From Eledone cirrhosa (Eukaryota), in NCBI GenBank assembly GCA_964016885.1, contig OZ024750.1, positions 27,094,001 to 27,158,000 of the forward strand: a stretch of DNA of 64,000 nucleotides. Reading direction: 5' to 3'. The notes beneath the pieces were generated by a model that saw nothing but the letters and a program-made list of their open reading frames with translations, did no database searches and had not been told where the DNA came from. The position numbers and the translations under genes were made by a program. Positions 13,413-26,625 of this stretch are shown here, piece by piece. The number at the start of each line of letters is the position of its first letter. The first letter of the stretch is position 1.

Positions 13413-14000
13413 CTTCAATCAAGATTTTAGCTTGTGAATTTCTAATTTCTAATTTTCAATCATAATTTCCACTGTGAAACCATATCTAAGGTTAAGTTTA
13501 TATTCTCTTAGCGGGTGATGGTCAATTCTATTGTCCAAGAATAATTTAGGGGTAGTATCGAGACCTATTGAAACTCATACTCTACCACTACCACTAGGTG
13601 TCGGTCAACTGCCACTGGCAGGGCGACTAGCAGTAAACTATAACCATGTCATATTACAGACATGGTTGGGGTGTGAGGGGACCGGCTTAGGTGAGTTTCG
13701 TAGAGTTGTGGGATGGTGTATGGTCAATTTCCTTCGGACTTGTGCCTGCGCAAACCGGTGGGGGTGAATTGGGACACACAAGGGGTCGGCGGCAGGATTC
13801 AAGAACAGTGGCTTTGTCAGTTCCCTTGTCGATTCAATTTGGATTGCCTCGGGAACATAACCTCATTATGTAAGAAGCTGTCTGATGATGTCATGGCACT
13901 GGGTACACGGAAGCATGTGGCCAATGTCGTCATTGAAAGATGTATCACAACATTATCATTAAAGGACTTTAACATCTGAAACTACTTCACATTTTCTTAT

Positions 14001-14105
<105 letters not shown>

Positions 14106-15344
14106 ACTAGAAATAGATTGTCATATATATATATATATAAGATAAATACAGGAAACAATCACAGGGAATAATTTGTAAAGATTGTAAGCACACATAGCTA
14201 GGTAGGTAACTAATTAAAGTTTGACTAGAATTTCAAATATAGATACCTTTTAAAATGATTAATCTCCTTTGTATATATTTCTTTAAGTAAGAAATATATT
14301 TCACCTATTAATCCGTAAGTCACAGCAGTTAAATTCTTGGATGTTCACCAAACGATGTTCACCACCTGTGGATATGGCGCATGTCTCTCAGACATGACAA
14401 CCCTTAATTTTAATTTTGGATATATATACGGCCCCTTAATTGTTGAGCTAATTAAGTTGAATAGGCTCGGCTGCTGTTTCTGGCTGTCGATGGTCCTATT
14501 CACGCCACTGGGATGACGCTGTCCGATGTGTGTATTTTTAAAAAATGCAACACGTGGTTCGAATCATTCATATATTTGCATTTGCTGTGTAAACACAGCT
14601 GGTTATTTTCTTCTCCTTTAGTGAACATTCAAGAATTTGTATGTAGATTTATATATATATATATATACATGGTGGCTGCCAACTCGTTTTCGAGTACGGC
14701 CACTACTTTATATCCATGTAGGAGAACCCCTACCGATGCGCTAAACAAGTGTGACTTTTTAGTCCAGCCAGCGACTTGAAAACTCTGGTACAGAGTGAGC
14801 AAAGGCACTGCACAAAGCCAGTCCCACTATCTTAACCAAGAGGATATTTACCAAAAAGAAGAACAAGTCAACATCATTAGATACCATCAGGGTTGCAGGT
14901 GTTATATCAGAGTTTTCCTTCTCCTAGAATTCTGTCTTGACAAAGGCTAAGGGGTCATCTCTCCCGGATATATATATACATACATACATACATACACACA
15001 TATATATATACATGGTGGCTGCCAACTCGTTTTCAAGTACGGCCACTACTTTAGATCCATGTAGTAAGACCCCTATCGATGCGCTGAACGAGTGTGACTT
15101 TTTAGTCCAGCCAGCGATTTGAAAACTCTGGTACAAACACTACACTTGTGACAAATATTGACACATAGTGCTGGGCCCATGTCACCATGTAACGACAAAT
15201 GCAGAGAGATCTCCAGATATAAAGCAATGCCTGTTCCGTGAAGCTTTTATAGTGAGCAAAGGCACTGCACAAAGCCAGTCCCACTCTCTTAACCAAGAGA
15301 GTATATATATATATACATACATAGATATATATGTATGTATGTAG

Positions 15345-15382
<38 letters not shown>

Positions 15383-15588
15383 CTACATATATATATATAT
15401 ATATATAAATCTACATACATACATATATATACGTATATATAAATCTACATACATACATATATACATACACACATTTACGTATGTATATAGCTATGCATGT
15501 ATACATTTTTATATATACATGCATTTATATTTAAGTATGTAAGGATATATATATATATATGATTGTGTGTGTATAATATATATATTAT

Positions 15589-15680
<92 letters not shown>

Positions 15681-16157
15681 CTAAGGCGGGTAAAATTCCC
15701 GAGATCCATGGACGAGTTCTCTCCAGCGGTCTCTGTCCCTCATTATCGCTGCCATATCCTGCATCTCCAACAGACCTGTGTCTGTCCTTAGGGCATCAAC
15801 ATATGTTAACCTTGGTCTTCCTCTTCTAGTGTGTCCGTGTAGGGGCTCCCAAAGGAGCACTGAGTGCAATGTCAACTCTGGATGTCGGTGAGCATGTCCA
15901 GCCAACCTCAATCTCCTCTGTGTCACTTTTGAGCTGACTTTTGGGATGCTCCCATACATCTCTGAGTTTTTCATCCTCAGTGTATACTGATTAATGTTCA
16001 GAGCCATCCTCAGCATTCTCGTGTAGCACCCATCCACCATCTGAGTGAGTCTCTTGGTCAGTGTCCAAGTCTCAGACCCATACAGCAGCACAGACTCCAC
16101 TACAGCGATGAAGAGGCGGATTTTCAGGTCTCTACGAAGGTCCGACTTCCACACACA
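15681..16157 (-). mobile_element. RTE-clade LINE 3' fragment, open reading frame
   Basis: LKIRLFIAVVESVLLYGSETWTL...RMLRMALNI...RRLRLAGH...RGRPRLTYVD...DRDRWR. Confidence 0.9.
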
Positions 16158-16325
16158 ATCATTTATTTGCTTACAATTGTTTCCTCCAAACCGAGGTTTG
16201 GATTCTTCGGAGCAACTATTTAGTGATCTATAACATACTTGACCTCCTTTTCAACACAAGAGACATATAAAAACATATGCATATATTGACCCACATATAT
16301 ACATAACCATAAATAGTATCCTTAA

Positions 16326-16330
<5 letters not shown>
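16158..16330. mobile_element. Rearranged copy of the CCGAAGA-hammerhead family (ribozyme 16167-16215 on -)
   Basis: Nearly identical to 7822-7868; carries the family 3' end ataaccataaatagtatccttaatacta on the + strand. Confidence 0.7.
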
Positions 16331-16365
<35 letters not shown>

Positions 16366-16369
<4 letters not shown>

Positions 16370-16610
16370 AGTGTGACAAGAAGCCTGCTTCCTGACCATA
16401 TATTTCCGGGTCCAGTCCGACTGCCCGGGCCGACCATAGCCCTGTGAGTGGATTTGATAAACCGAAACTAAAAGAAGCCCGTCGTTTATATGTATATATG
16501 TCTGTGTGAGTCTTTGCGTTTGTGTTTGCCCTCCCACCAATGCATGTTAGTTTGTTGACGTCCCCATAACTTACCAAGGTGATGCTCCAGCATCGGCGTA
16601 TTCCAGAGAC
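16366..16610 (+). mobile_element. Second SINE family (internally deleted copy); diverged relative at about 28085-28390 (-)
   Basis: tRNA-like head, then gggccgaccatagccctgtgagtggatttg...aagaagcccgtcg. Confidence 0.6.
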
Positions 16611-16662
16611 AGAAAAAAAGTAAAGTATATATTATATATATGTGTGTGTGTGTGTGTGTAGA

Positions 16663-17072
16663 AGAGGGTTCTCAAACTCAAGGACACAAAAGGGCCATTA
16701 CTTCCTGGAGGAGAGGCACAGTGGGCCAAACGTGGTGGTGGGTGAAGATTTTCACCTGTTATAATCATTTCTACTATACGAACAAGGCATGAAATTTGGT
16801 GTTTAGGGTTCAGTCGATTACATCGATCCTAGTACACAACTGGTACTTAATTCATTGACCCCAAAAGGATGAAAGGTAAAGTTGAGATCGGCGGAATTTG
16901 AACTCAGAACGTAAACAAACACGAAAGAAGTACCGTTAAGCATTTCGCCAGATGTGCTAACGATTCCACCAGCTCACCGCATTATTTTCACCAGTTATAA
17001 TGCAATATGAAATATTGTTTCTACCACGGGCCACAGAAAAGTAGTTCGCGGGCCGAATGTTTGAGCCCCCTG
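16663..17072. mobile_element. hAT-like MITE interrupted by a SINE (16766-16983, -)
   Basis: Ends agagggttctcaaac / gtttgagccccctg. The SINE is flanked by an 18-bp TSD attttcaccWgttataat (16748-16765, 16984-17001). Confidence 0.65.
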
Positions 17073-17132
17073 TTGGAGATAGATAGATAGATCGATAGAT
17101 CGATAGATAGATATATATATATATATATATAG

Positions 17133-17733
17133 ATTTCTTTATTAGCCACAAGGGCGCAACAAGAAAGGGGAAAATACAAAGACATGCCGGGGATCTTACA
17201 TACAGTCGTGTAAAAAATATAAAAACAAACAATTTCAACAATCGAAATCCCCAATAGGGGGTATGCGCCACAAAAGGGTTGTTTAATACCCCGTCGATAG
17301 AACAACCCTCAACTCGAGGAGCGTGTTGCGCAAGTGCTCCTTTCTTCCTTTTGCTCTCTTCCTCAACCTACAGGCTTATAAACAGAGAAGGCCCAATCAC
17401 TCGGGCCATTTTCGCTTCATTCACCCACCTTTCAGTAAATTTACTGGGGTGCAGTGCCTCTCTCTCCACCCTGATTCTCCTTCTAAAGTGATACTTAAAG
17501 AAGGGAATCAATTGTTGTCCGGAGAGAAAGGCATCTGTCCTCAGTCCTCTCAACCTCGTCCACCATATAACTTCTTTCACCATAGCCACCGTACAGAGGA
17601 AAACCGCCTCTCTTTCGTTTTCGAAAGAGTCTGGCGGTTTGATCCTTACTATGGACTCGGCAGTCAACTGGATTTGTCCCATACGCGACAGCAGTTGTTC
17701 TGCATAGTTCCACAGGTCGCTTACGTCCGGGCA

Positions 17734-17740
<7 letters not shown>
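17133..17740 (-). mobile_element. Tx1/L1-like LINE 3' end; second 3' UTR copy at 17832-17995
   Basis: VHCPDVSDLWNY...KEVIWWTR...F.ERW C-terminus; both copies end tgtggctaataaagaaat followed by microsatellite. Confidence 0.75.
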
Positions 17741-17830
<90 letters not shown>

Positions 17831-17994
17831 TATTTCTTTATTAGCCACAGGGGCACAAAAGAAGGGGACAAATACAAAGGGGGAAGTTTACATACAATAA
17901 AAACGTGTAAAATGTTATCACAGATGGAATTTAAAAGTTAGTCGATTTTCCCCAATAGAGGGAGACAGTTTATATGGGTAACACATACCCCCGG

Positions 17995-18029
<35 letters not shown>

Positions 18030-18079
18030 CGTGTACCAAACACACACACATTTCTGTCCCACCCCTTTCCCTCTTCATT

Positions 18080-18148
<69 letters not shown>

Positions 18149-18479
18149 CTATCTATGTATATATATATATATATAAGGAATACAGATATTTATTTCTCAC
18201 TGTCAGCAAGCTTCTCAATTCATTCGTTGCTACTAAGTATTTTATTTTGCTACGAGGTATTTTATATTGCAAGGTACTATTTCCCCCTGAGTTTGTGATT
18301 TCAGAGAAAGGTAAGAAATTCTTCATATTTTACATCTTTTATATTTTGACTTTACAGTTTGAATTGTAGAATTGTCTATCCACTCAAAATATTACAACAG
18401 CTAACAGTGAAATATAGAATTTTAAAAATATAGCTTTTTCGTCTGAGATCAAATCTTTGAGAACATTCACGTCTGTTTT

Positions 18480-18718
18480 TCTAAAATATATAATTAGAAA
18501 TAGTTTGCTTTTGTTTTGGACTGAAACTTTTTGTACTTAATTCGTACGAGTATATTTTAAAGATTCTAACATAACTTGATTTGCCCCAGTAATCTACTGA
18601 TATCAAAATCAGTAGTATATTGAAAAATGGAAAAATAGGGCGGGGGGGGGGGGGGGGGCGTTTCGTCATTTCAAGAGGCAAAAGGGGGCGTTTAGCCGAA
18701 ATGGATTGAGAACCTTTC
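18480..18718. mobile_element. One end of a hAT-like element; the other end is at 60050-60271
   Basis: TIR ttgagaacctttc followed by the 8-bp TSD atgtagat (18719-18726). The inner boundary is uncertain. Confidence 0.65.
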
Positions 18719-19520
18719 ATGTAGATGAATGACTTGTGAAAGCAGTTTAGGGCCATGTATAAAAAAGCTGGATGCCAGTAGAGTGAAGAAGTGCAGTTCG
18801 ATGTCCACCAGGGCTCAGTCCTTATTCCACTCCTATTTATCACTGTTCTTCACTGTTCTTCACTGAGTATTTCAAAACTGTACTGAGTACCTCATCTGAA
18901 TCCGTAGGATGGTAAAGGACCAAACTTCAAACATGCAAGAACCTATAGTTGAAAAGCCTAAAACTAATCGCATCAGAGGCAAAGGGGCTAAGCACGAAAG
19001 AGGACAAAAAGGGGATACAATCAGGGAGATGGTTGTGTTCGATATGCCAGAAAAGGGTAGGCAGGACTTCTATAAGGTGCACAGAGTGAAATCGATGGAC
19101 TCACAAGAGATGTGACAGATGTGGCTGGCGCTATGCTGTGTTAATGAAGACTCGACCAGAATCATAAAATATGACCTGACCCATCCATGAAGTACACCCT
19201 CCCTCCTATGATTACTTTCCCCATCTGTTCTCCCCAATGCGGTATCCACTACACATATACACTCGAGAATCACTCAAACACTAGACACCTTAGATATCCT
19301 CACCATTGGCCAATAGTAGCTGCTTTCTCTCCCCATTGTTCACTCCCTCACTATTAGCAAACCTTACCCTCACTATCCCTTACCCATCTCTCTAACACGA
19401 CCCCAATCTCTATCGGCCACACCCTTCACTACATGCCCCACTCCGCGTACACTAATCAGCTATCCCTAACTCTTACTCATCTCTAAACCCGCTTCCTATC
19501 TCTCCATCACGCCAGTACAA
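18719..19520 (+). mobile_element. Decayed RTE LINE (mirror at 58850-60047 and 60272-60425 on -)
   Basis: VDE*LVKAV.AMY...VHQGSVLIPLLFITVL RT motifs. Confidence 0.75.
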
Positions 19521-19619
19521 CCTGACAGTATTAATGAAAATGAGAAAAATGTTTGAGGACAGACAAGAAATTAAAGTATTCAATAAGTGAATAAAATAAC
19601 AAATGCGTTATTATCTTAC

Positions 19620-19683
19620 CATTTGCTAAAGTGACCTGCCATGTTAATAATATAATAAATCCAGCAATAGAAAGGGAGGACAT
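19620..19683 (-). CDS. Paralogous signal-peptide first exon (MSSLSIAGFIILLTWQVTLAN + G); gene or pseudogene
   Basis: Reverse complement of the 58423-58486 exon with 3 substitutions; ATG and G|GTAAGA donor intact. No downstream EGF exon recognised in the window. Confidence 0.68.
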
Positions 19684-19949
19684 TGCAAGCCGGGTTAAAT
19701 TATAAATCGAAAGTGAGGAAAACTCCGAAAATTTTGTCTGAACGCCACGTTCCTCTCGACGATGCTAACGGAATTATCGTTAGCGTTCAGTGTCTCGAGA
19801 CGACGTGTGCACCCTTTGTGCTAAACTTCAGTAGATTACTCATATTCTATTTCACTATATAATTTGCTTGGGTTTTTTTTTACTTCAGTATTATGTAAGA
19901 CTAACCTTTTAATCGTAAAAGAGTAAATTTAAAATAAAGAAATGTTATA

Positions 19950-22900
19950 TCTTAATCAGTACGGTGAGCAAATGGGGTCCCACGTGCTGGCCTCCCCACA
20001 GCCCCGGTGGACAGAAAGGAGAAGGCGTTTCCCTGGAGGATGGTAACGGAGATGTTCTGGAAGAGCCATTCCAACTCGAGAGGCACACACCGCCTATAGT
20101 GGTGAATAGAGAGATAGCCCAAGGGCAAAGGACACCAGAAGTTTCCTTTGTCGGGAGGCGACTAGTACTTGGTGAGTTTGGCCTATTCAGAGCGACGGGC
20201 AGCAGTACCTGGCAACCCAGACGAGAGTTTTGACCCCGCGGAACGGGAAGATGGTCATACCGTCTGGCCTGTTGCCGTCCCCTCGGTTCAGCCCCACCGG
20301 CTCGAGTTGAAAAGGGAAGACTGCAGCGTGAAAACAAGTCTTTATGAGTTCGTTGAGGGCAGCATGGCATGGAGGGCAGCATGGCATGGAAGGCGGCTGG
20401 CACTATGGTGACAGGAAAGCGGGTGTAGGTCGAAAGAGTCCATGATGGATCCACAGCGACATTTTTGTGGCTCTCAGATCCGGAAGCCAGGCTTAAGCAA
20501 ACGCCGATTCGCAGGTTATCATTATCCAGATGCGTGCCTATGATGAAAGGAGACCCAAGCCTGGAGCCAGGCACTACTGGGGGTTTTGGAGGCCACGCGA
20601 AACAGGCAAATCGGTACTGGTTGAGTTGGCGCATGAGCATGTTTAAGGCCAGGCTGCACTGGATGGCATCCCAAATGCTTTGGGGGGACATGACTACAGT
20701 TGGGGGAGAAGGAGGAGGGACGTCTACTGGGCTAAGTCCCAGCCGGCCCCACGTCTCACAGGCGGCGTCACGTTCCCTGATGATATAGGGATCCATTGTG
20801 TTTTGGAGAACCCTGCTGATGAGGACGTGGCATGAGGTTACCGATGAAAGAAACGCCGGCAAATCCAGCGAGATCGGGGACCGGAGGCCAAGGCCACCAT
20901 ATCTGACAAGTAAAGTGGCCTGTTGCCATCCATTGTCGTCAAACCTGACGTTGCATATCTCCTCGGCTGCCGCTCGGATACAAGTATCGAGGTCAGCGAG
21001 GAGAGATGCGTGGCTGTAGCACCGAGCGCTGCGAAGGGTGCAGAAGAGCTTAGGCATGTGGAAGAAGTTCCTCAACAGGATGAGAGCTGGGTGGCCGTCG
21101 ATCAAGTCCAGTCGGCTGGTGAGAGTCTAGAGTTGTTGGAGCCTGGATCTAATGGTGGGGCGGATGGTCGGCGGGTGGATAGGTGACCCGAGGATGAGGA
21201 CTTACTCTTTGGGGGTCACCTCTACCTGGTGGAGATGGACCGCACATCCGAGACGGAGGCTGCAAAGCTCTCAGCATCCTGGCTGACATCACCGCCTCCG
21301 ACTTGGACGAGTTGACCTGGAGGCCGATTAAAGGTCATGGCAGACAGTCTCCACGGGACCTTCCAGGGTAGCAACATCCAGGTACCAAACGGTGAGAGGG
21401 GCAATGTGGTTTATACCTAGCGCAAACAGGAGGGGGACCAAAGGGTTAACCTGTAGGCCTCCAGTGGCCGAAGGCAACCGTATCAGCATCAAGGAGCATG
21501 CTCGGGGCTACATATGACAGGTAGGCCAGCGGCTAGCCGGAGAGGGTTCGGCTGAGACAGTCATCGAGCAGATGTTCCCTCATGTCAAGCTTGACAATGA
21601 GGTGCCTGGAGTCCCTGGATGCCGGTTCCAGTGGGCAGCTGTTGAAGACTACCTGGTTGCATGTGCGCCCCCTCACAGTACCGGACACGCCGACACCCAG
21701 ATGCACCGGACTGAACTCATCATCCAGTTCAGGTGTTATCGACCTGCAGACCACCTTAGCAGCCAGCCTCCGGAAGAAATTACCCACAACGATGGGGCGT
21801 ATGCAACCCTCTTTTCCCCCGAGAACAGTAAGGGAAGCCGAAAAAAAGAGGCCTCGGGCGTGAGGATCCAGGGCGCCTATTGGTGACACAATTGTACTCA
21901 GAAGGTGGCGGCCGGCCTCAGTCGAGAGAGAGGATATCAACTGCTTGAGGTGGCCAGGTCGGAGACCATCAACACCTCCGCTGCAGCTAGCTGGGAAGGA
22001 CTTGATGATAGACGGAAGCCACAAGGAGCTGCTGGGGATCGCGTGGGGGTAGCTCAACAGGTGGCTCAGGGAGCTTGAGCCGCAAGGCAGCCAGGACCTC
22101 CTCGGTGAATTGCAGGACAGTGTCCTCTGAGGCAACCACTCTGACTGCGATCGAGACATCACCCATGATTAGTTTAGTATTAACGCGGTATCGAAAACGC
22201 TTGAGACCGCTGGCCTCAGGGGTTGGTGGATTGGAGGCACCCGAGAGCAGGTGGTGTGGTGTCCTTCGACACGCTTGGAATGGGTGCTTGCCCAAAGGAC
22301 GAAACATTGGCCTAGACACAGGCTGCTTTCGGCAGGCCGCCTCAGTCAGCCCCAGGGCTAGGGAGGCCGATGGTTAGTGGGGCAAAATAGAAAAGGCGCT
22401 CTCAGTCTCTGGCTTCATTGGAGTCCAGGGCACTCTCAATCGAGTAAGCGAGGGCATCGTCTATCAGCACCAGGGCCCCTCTCGGGATCCAGAGCGGAAC
22501 CTTCCGGAGCCGGCTGAGCCGAACGATGTTGACCAGTGATGCTTGGGCATCAGGCAAGCTCGCTGTCTCTTCTGGTGGTGTGCCAGACGGCCGTGGCTGT
22601 GCAGAAGAAGAAAGAGACATTCTCTGCATCTCCACGCTGCGAGGGCACTGGAAGCTCGACGCGTCAAGCCAACACAGGTGAGGTGGCAGCCGCACCCCGG
22701 ACAGTTCTGGCCCCTCTTCCGCCTGTTCGTGGTGCTGCAAGTGCTACAGGTGTCGACTGGAGGGGTTGGAGGATGGGGCGTGGAGGCGGGGACTGGGGCA
22801 CCAAGCGGCATCAGGGTGAGTGACTGGTTGTCACCAGCCTAGGTGCTAGGCACAACTGTATGTAAGTGGAAGGGAAAGTGTTGGTATGAGTGAGGCCTCA

Positions 22901-23060
22901 TAGCTCACCTACATCAGATATGGAGGCAACAGAAGAGAAGATAGAAGAGAAGGGGGTGCACGGAGGGAGACACACAAGAAAGTAGAAAGTTAGCAAATAA
23001 AGAAAGGAATGAATGGATGAATGTACGAAAAGAAAACAAGGGGTTGTTCCCAGCGGAAAT
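19950..23060 (-). mobile_element. CRE-clade non-LTR retrotransposon, near full length, decayed
   Basis: SFPASCSGGVDGLRPGHLK, IRPIVVGNFFRRLAAK, LGVGV, WYLD, ILGSPI, WQQATLLVRYGGLGL, HAALNELIK, EPVGLNRGDGNRPDG (REL endonuclease). Confidence 0.88.
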
Positions 23061-23459
23061 ACCCAAAAGTTGTTATTGTCACTGATGCTGGAGTTGGCTT
23101 CCTCTTGTTAATGGTAGTGGTAGTGATTGCTGCTATGATGTTGGTGTATACACATATATGTTGTTGTTGTTATTGTCACTTCTGCTGTCGTATGTCTCCT
23201 CTTGTTAATGGTAGTGGTAGTTGATACTGATTCCTATTTCGGCTGCCAGCCTGGCTGCTGGGGTTCGAATGCCTTCTTTCACCGAAGATGCAGGGTGGTT
23301 GTTATTGTCTCTGTTGCTGTCGTTGCCTTTCTCTTGTAAATACTAGTAATAATTGTTAGTGCTACCTATTTCGGCTGTCAAGCTGGCTACTGAGTCAGCT
23401 TCTTGATTTAGTATTATAAATTTATTTATTTATTGATACAGAATGGGAAGAGAAATAAT

Positions 23460-23645
23460 TGGTTCTATTTTAGGCACAAGGCCAACAATTAACCAGTACA
23501 TTACTGGTACTTTATTTTATCGACCCCGTAAGGATGAAAGGCAAAGTTAACCTCGGCGGGATTTGAACTCAGATCATAAAGGGACGTAACTATGCTTCAG
23601 AGCATGGTGTCCGATTCTCTACCGATACTGCCAATCCACCGCCCT
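23460..23645 (-). mobile_element. SINE inserted after the duplication
   Basis: Perfect 17-bp TSD atgggaagagaaataat (23443-23459, 23646-23662); empty site in the right arm at about 55474-55490. Confidence 0.9.
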
Positions 23646-23779
23646 ATGGGAAGAGAAATAATCCTGGCATTTTCAGTTCTGTCGTGGCAGATGAAACCGA
23701 GGGGAAGAAAGAGTAGAGATGTATTTTCCTGACATGTCCCGAATAGATCCAAACGACTTAAGTCTGGTAAAGGCGCACA

Positions 23780-24035
23780 AATATTAGATGGTGTTGCTAC
23801 ATTAAACATAAATATTGTGTTGTTTCTTCGCTCAACTTCTAACACTGGAAATGTATTAGCATGTTAGCTGTCCACTACTAGTGAACTGATATAACTACCC
23901 TTATTGTTCGAGTACCATCCGGGCTATTCGAGCTGTTCCAAGCAATGCTGTGTTTTGTAAGCGTTCCATCTGTATTGCATTCCCTATTTCTTTAATGTAG
24001 CTCTCAATATATTTACTCCATGTGCCCAAGCCTCC
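23780..24035 (-). mobile_element. R4/Dong C-terminal remnant
   Basis: GGLGTWSKYIESYIKEIG...LQNTALLGTARIARMVL*. Confidence 0.7.
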
Positions 24036-24099
24036 TTTCTTTCTCAATTGATACAATGCCTGGTCTCCTGTGATCAATCACAGGAGACCAGACATTGGT

Positions 24100-24830
24100 A
24101 AAGTACTGGGGTCAATATAATTGACTCCCCTCCCCCTTCAAATTACTGGCCTTGTGCCTATACTAGAAACAATTATTGTAAGTGTAATTATTTTAGTAAT
24201 CAAAATATTATTGGAAGTATCGGGAGAGCCTCAGACACCATATTTTTCAGCATAGTGTTCCGGCCCTTTACGGTCTATGTTCAAATCCCGCCGAGGTTTA
24301 CTTTGCCTTTCATCCTTACGGGGTCGATCAAATAAAGTACCAGTAATACACTGGAGTAATTGCTGGCCTTGTACCAAAAGTAAAAACAATTATTAGCCCG
24401 CTATGTACACACGTAAGTAGTAATAATGCTTTTTAACATTTGGTACCTAGCCATAATTTATGGGGCGGAGGACACATGATTAAATCGACTCCATCACTTG
24501 ACCCTAATTTATTTTATCGATCCCGAAAGGATAAAAGACAAAATCAACTTCGTCTCAATTTGAATTCAAAGTACTAAGTAGGAAACACTATATTTTCTAG
24601 CTCTCTACCAATTGTGTCATTTATTGTTCTAGCTTCAGCAATGTTTTGTACTGTAGGCAGATGGCCGACAGCTTTCCTGAGAAGAGCCCAGTGCGTTACT
24701 GGTACTTTATTTTATCACCTGCTGTAAGGATGAAATGCAAAGCAAACCTCGGCGAGATTTGAAATCAGAACGTATATGCCGCAAAGCATGTTGTCCGCCG
24801 CTCTACTGATTACTGCCAATCCACCGGCCT
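24100..24830. mobile_element. Cluster of SINE copies and fragments (24210-24394 +, about 24430-24615 -, 24688-24829 -)
   Basis: Same conserved core and 3' end as 4242-4425. Confidence 0.8.
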
Positions 24831-25078
24831 AACATTAGAAATTAATACATTTATTGCGCTCACTTTCGTGTATATCTAAATGTGTATGTGTCGTGTATAT
24901 GTGTCTATATATGTATATATATATATATATATATATAGTAATAATAATAAATGTGAAGACTAAAATCCAAAGAGGGCTCGATAATGTTTCATAAGAGATC
25001 CCGTTAAGGGTGAAAGCAGCGATTCTTCGCTTAAACTTTAATCTGTTATTTTGATAAATATATATATATATATATGTA

Positions 25079-25278
25079 TTTAATATAGAAATGACTTCTA
25101 CAGGACTAGAACTGTTTTATTCGAAGGAAATCGTGATAATTTCCTTCGAATGAAACAATTCTAGTCCTGTAGAAGCTATTTCTATATTAAATTTCTATAT
25201 TAAATATTTACACTCTACTATGTATTGAGTACCTTACTTACTGTGGTTACCGCCGATTGAACCCGGGATACACACACA

Positions 25279-25285
<7 letters not shown>
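25079..25285 (+). mobile_element. Hammerhead-family element with a fold-back palindrome (25079-25131 vs 25139-25191)
   Basis: The right arm reads gaat-GAAAC-aattctagtcct-GTA-gaag, the same family as 26021-26071. Confidence 0.7.
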
Positions 25286-25339
<54 letters not shown>

Positions 25340-25876
25340 GTGTGTGTGAGGCAATTATTTAAACTCGTCTTCTTCTTCGCCCTCTTATTCACAGAAGGGT
25401 TGTAGAGGACAGAGTCTTCCAGCGTATTTAAACTCTATTATAAAAACAAATTCTCTTCCTCAATCAACTTTATGGGAGAAAAATAGAAGTCATAAGTAGA
25501 GGGAAGGAAAGGAGACAACTACGAGAGATGCTGTAATAGTAAAACATAGGTTGTGGAGAGGATTGCCATATGTTTTTTTTTTTAACAAAAGATCTTTAGT
25601 TTTATTTTAATTTCCCAATATGCCTTGACACCAACAGATTTATAAACAACCTCCAGTTTGTGTGAGTTTAACCTCGTGCTGGTAGTTTGGAAGATACAGA
25701 TAATGATATATTTCGACTGGGCAGAAATAATAAAGAGACGGTTAAGAAGAGAAAATGGTGTTAGCTATTTAAAAAGCGATATATTTGCTCCCTAACCTAC
25801 ATCATAGCCGTCATTACATGTTCTGCCAGACACATTTACATATTAACTCACAAATCTACATATCCACACACACACA

Positions 25877-25943
<67 letters not shown>

Positions 25944-25952
25944 GTGTATATA

Positions 25953-26019
<67 letters not shown>

Positions 26020-26020
26020 C

Positions 26021-26071
26021 AGATTCCTGATGATTTCTAAAGAATGAAACAGTTCTATTCCTGTAGAATCT
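26021..26071 (+). ncRNA. Type I hammerhead, isolated between (TA)n tracts
   Basis: agattc-CTGATGA-tttctaaagaat-GAAAC-ag ttctattc ct-GTA-gaatct. Confidence 0.78.
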
Positions 26072-26410
26072 CATCTATATTAAAACTATATATATACAGT
26101 TATTTATATTTATATAGATATACATATATTTATACATACATTTACGTGACGTTTGGGACCATTAATCGTAATAAATTTCAAAACTAAATACATTGGCAAT
26201 ACAATATCAATCGGTTGTTACTATACAATATATTCTGAGATTGTGGGCCTAATTCCAACAGTTAGTGACATACTTAACCTACTAGAAATAAAACAGTAAG
26301 CTATTATCGGAACCGCCTGTCCTACCATGTTGATTTTACTGCTACACTGCTATTTTAACCGACCCCCTACACCCATTTCTATATCTCTCAGACTAATTCA
26401 CATGCAGGTA

Positions 26411-26452
<42 letters not shown>

Positions 26453-26575
26453 CCTCTCTCTCCTTTTTATTGCCGTATTTCTCTTTATCTCATTCTATCC
26501 CCAAAACAGATGTCTCCTATGGTCCTCCTAACAAACAAATCTAACACAATGCACGCTTCATGTTTCGTAGTTCTC

Positions 26576-26625
<50 letters not shown>

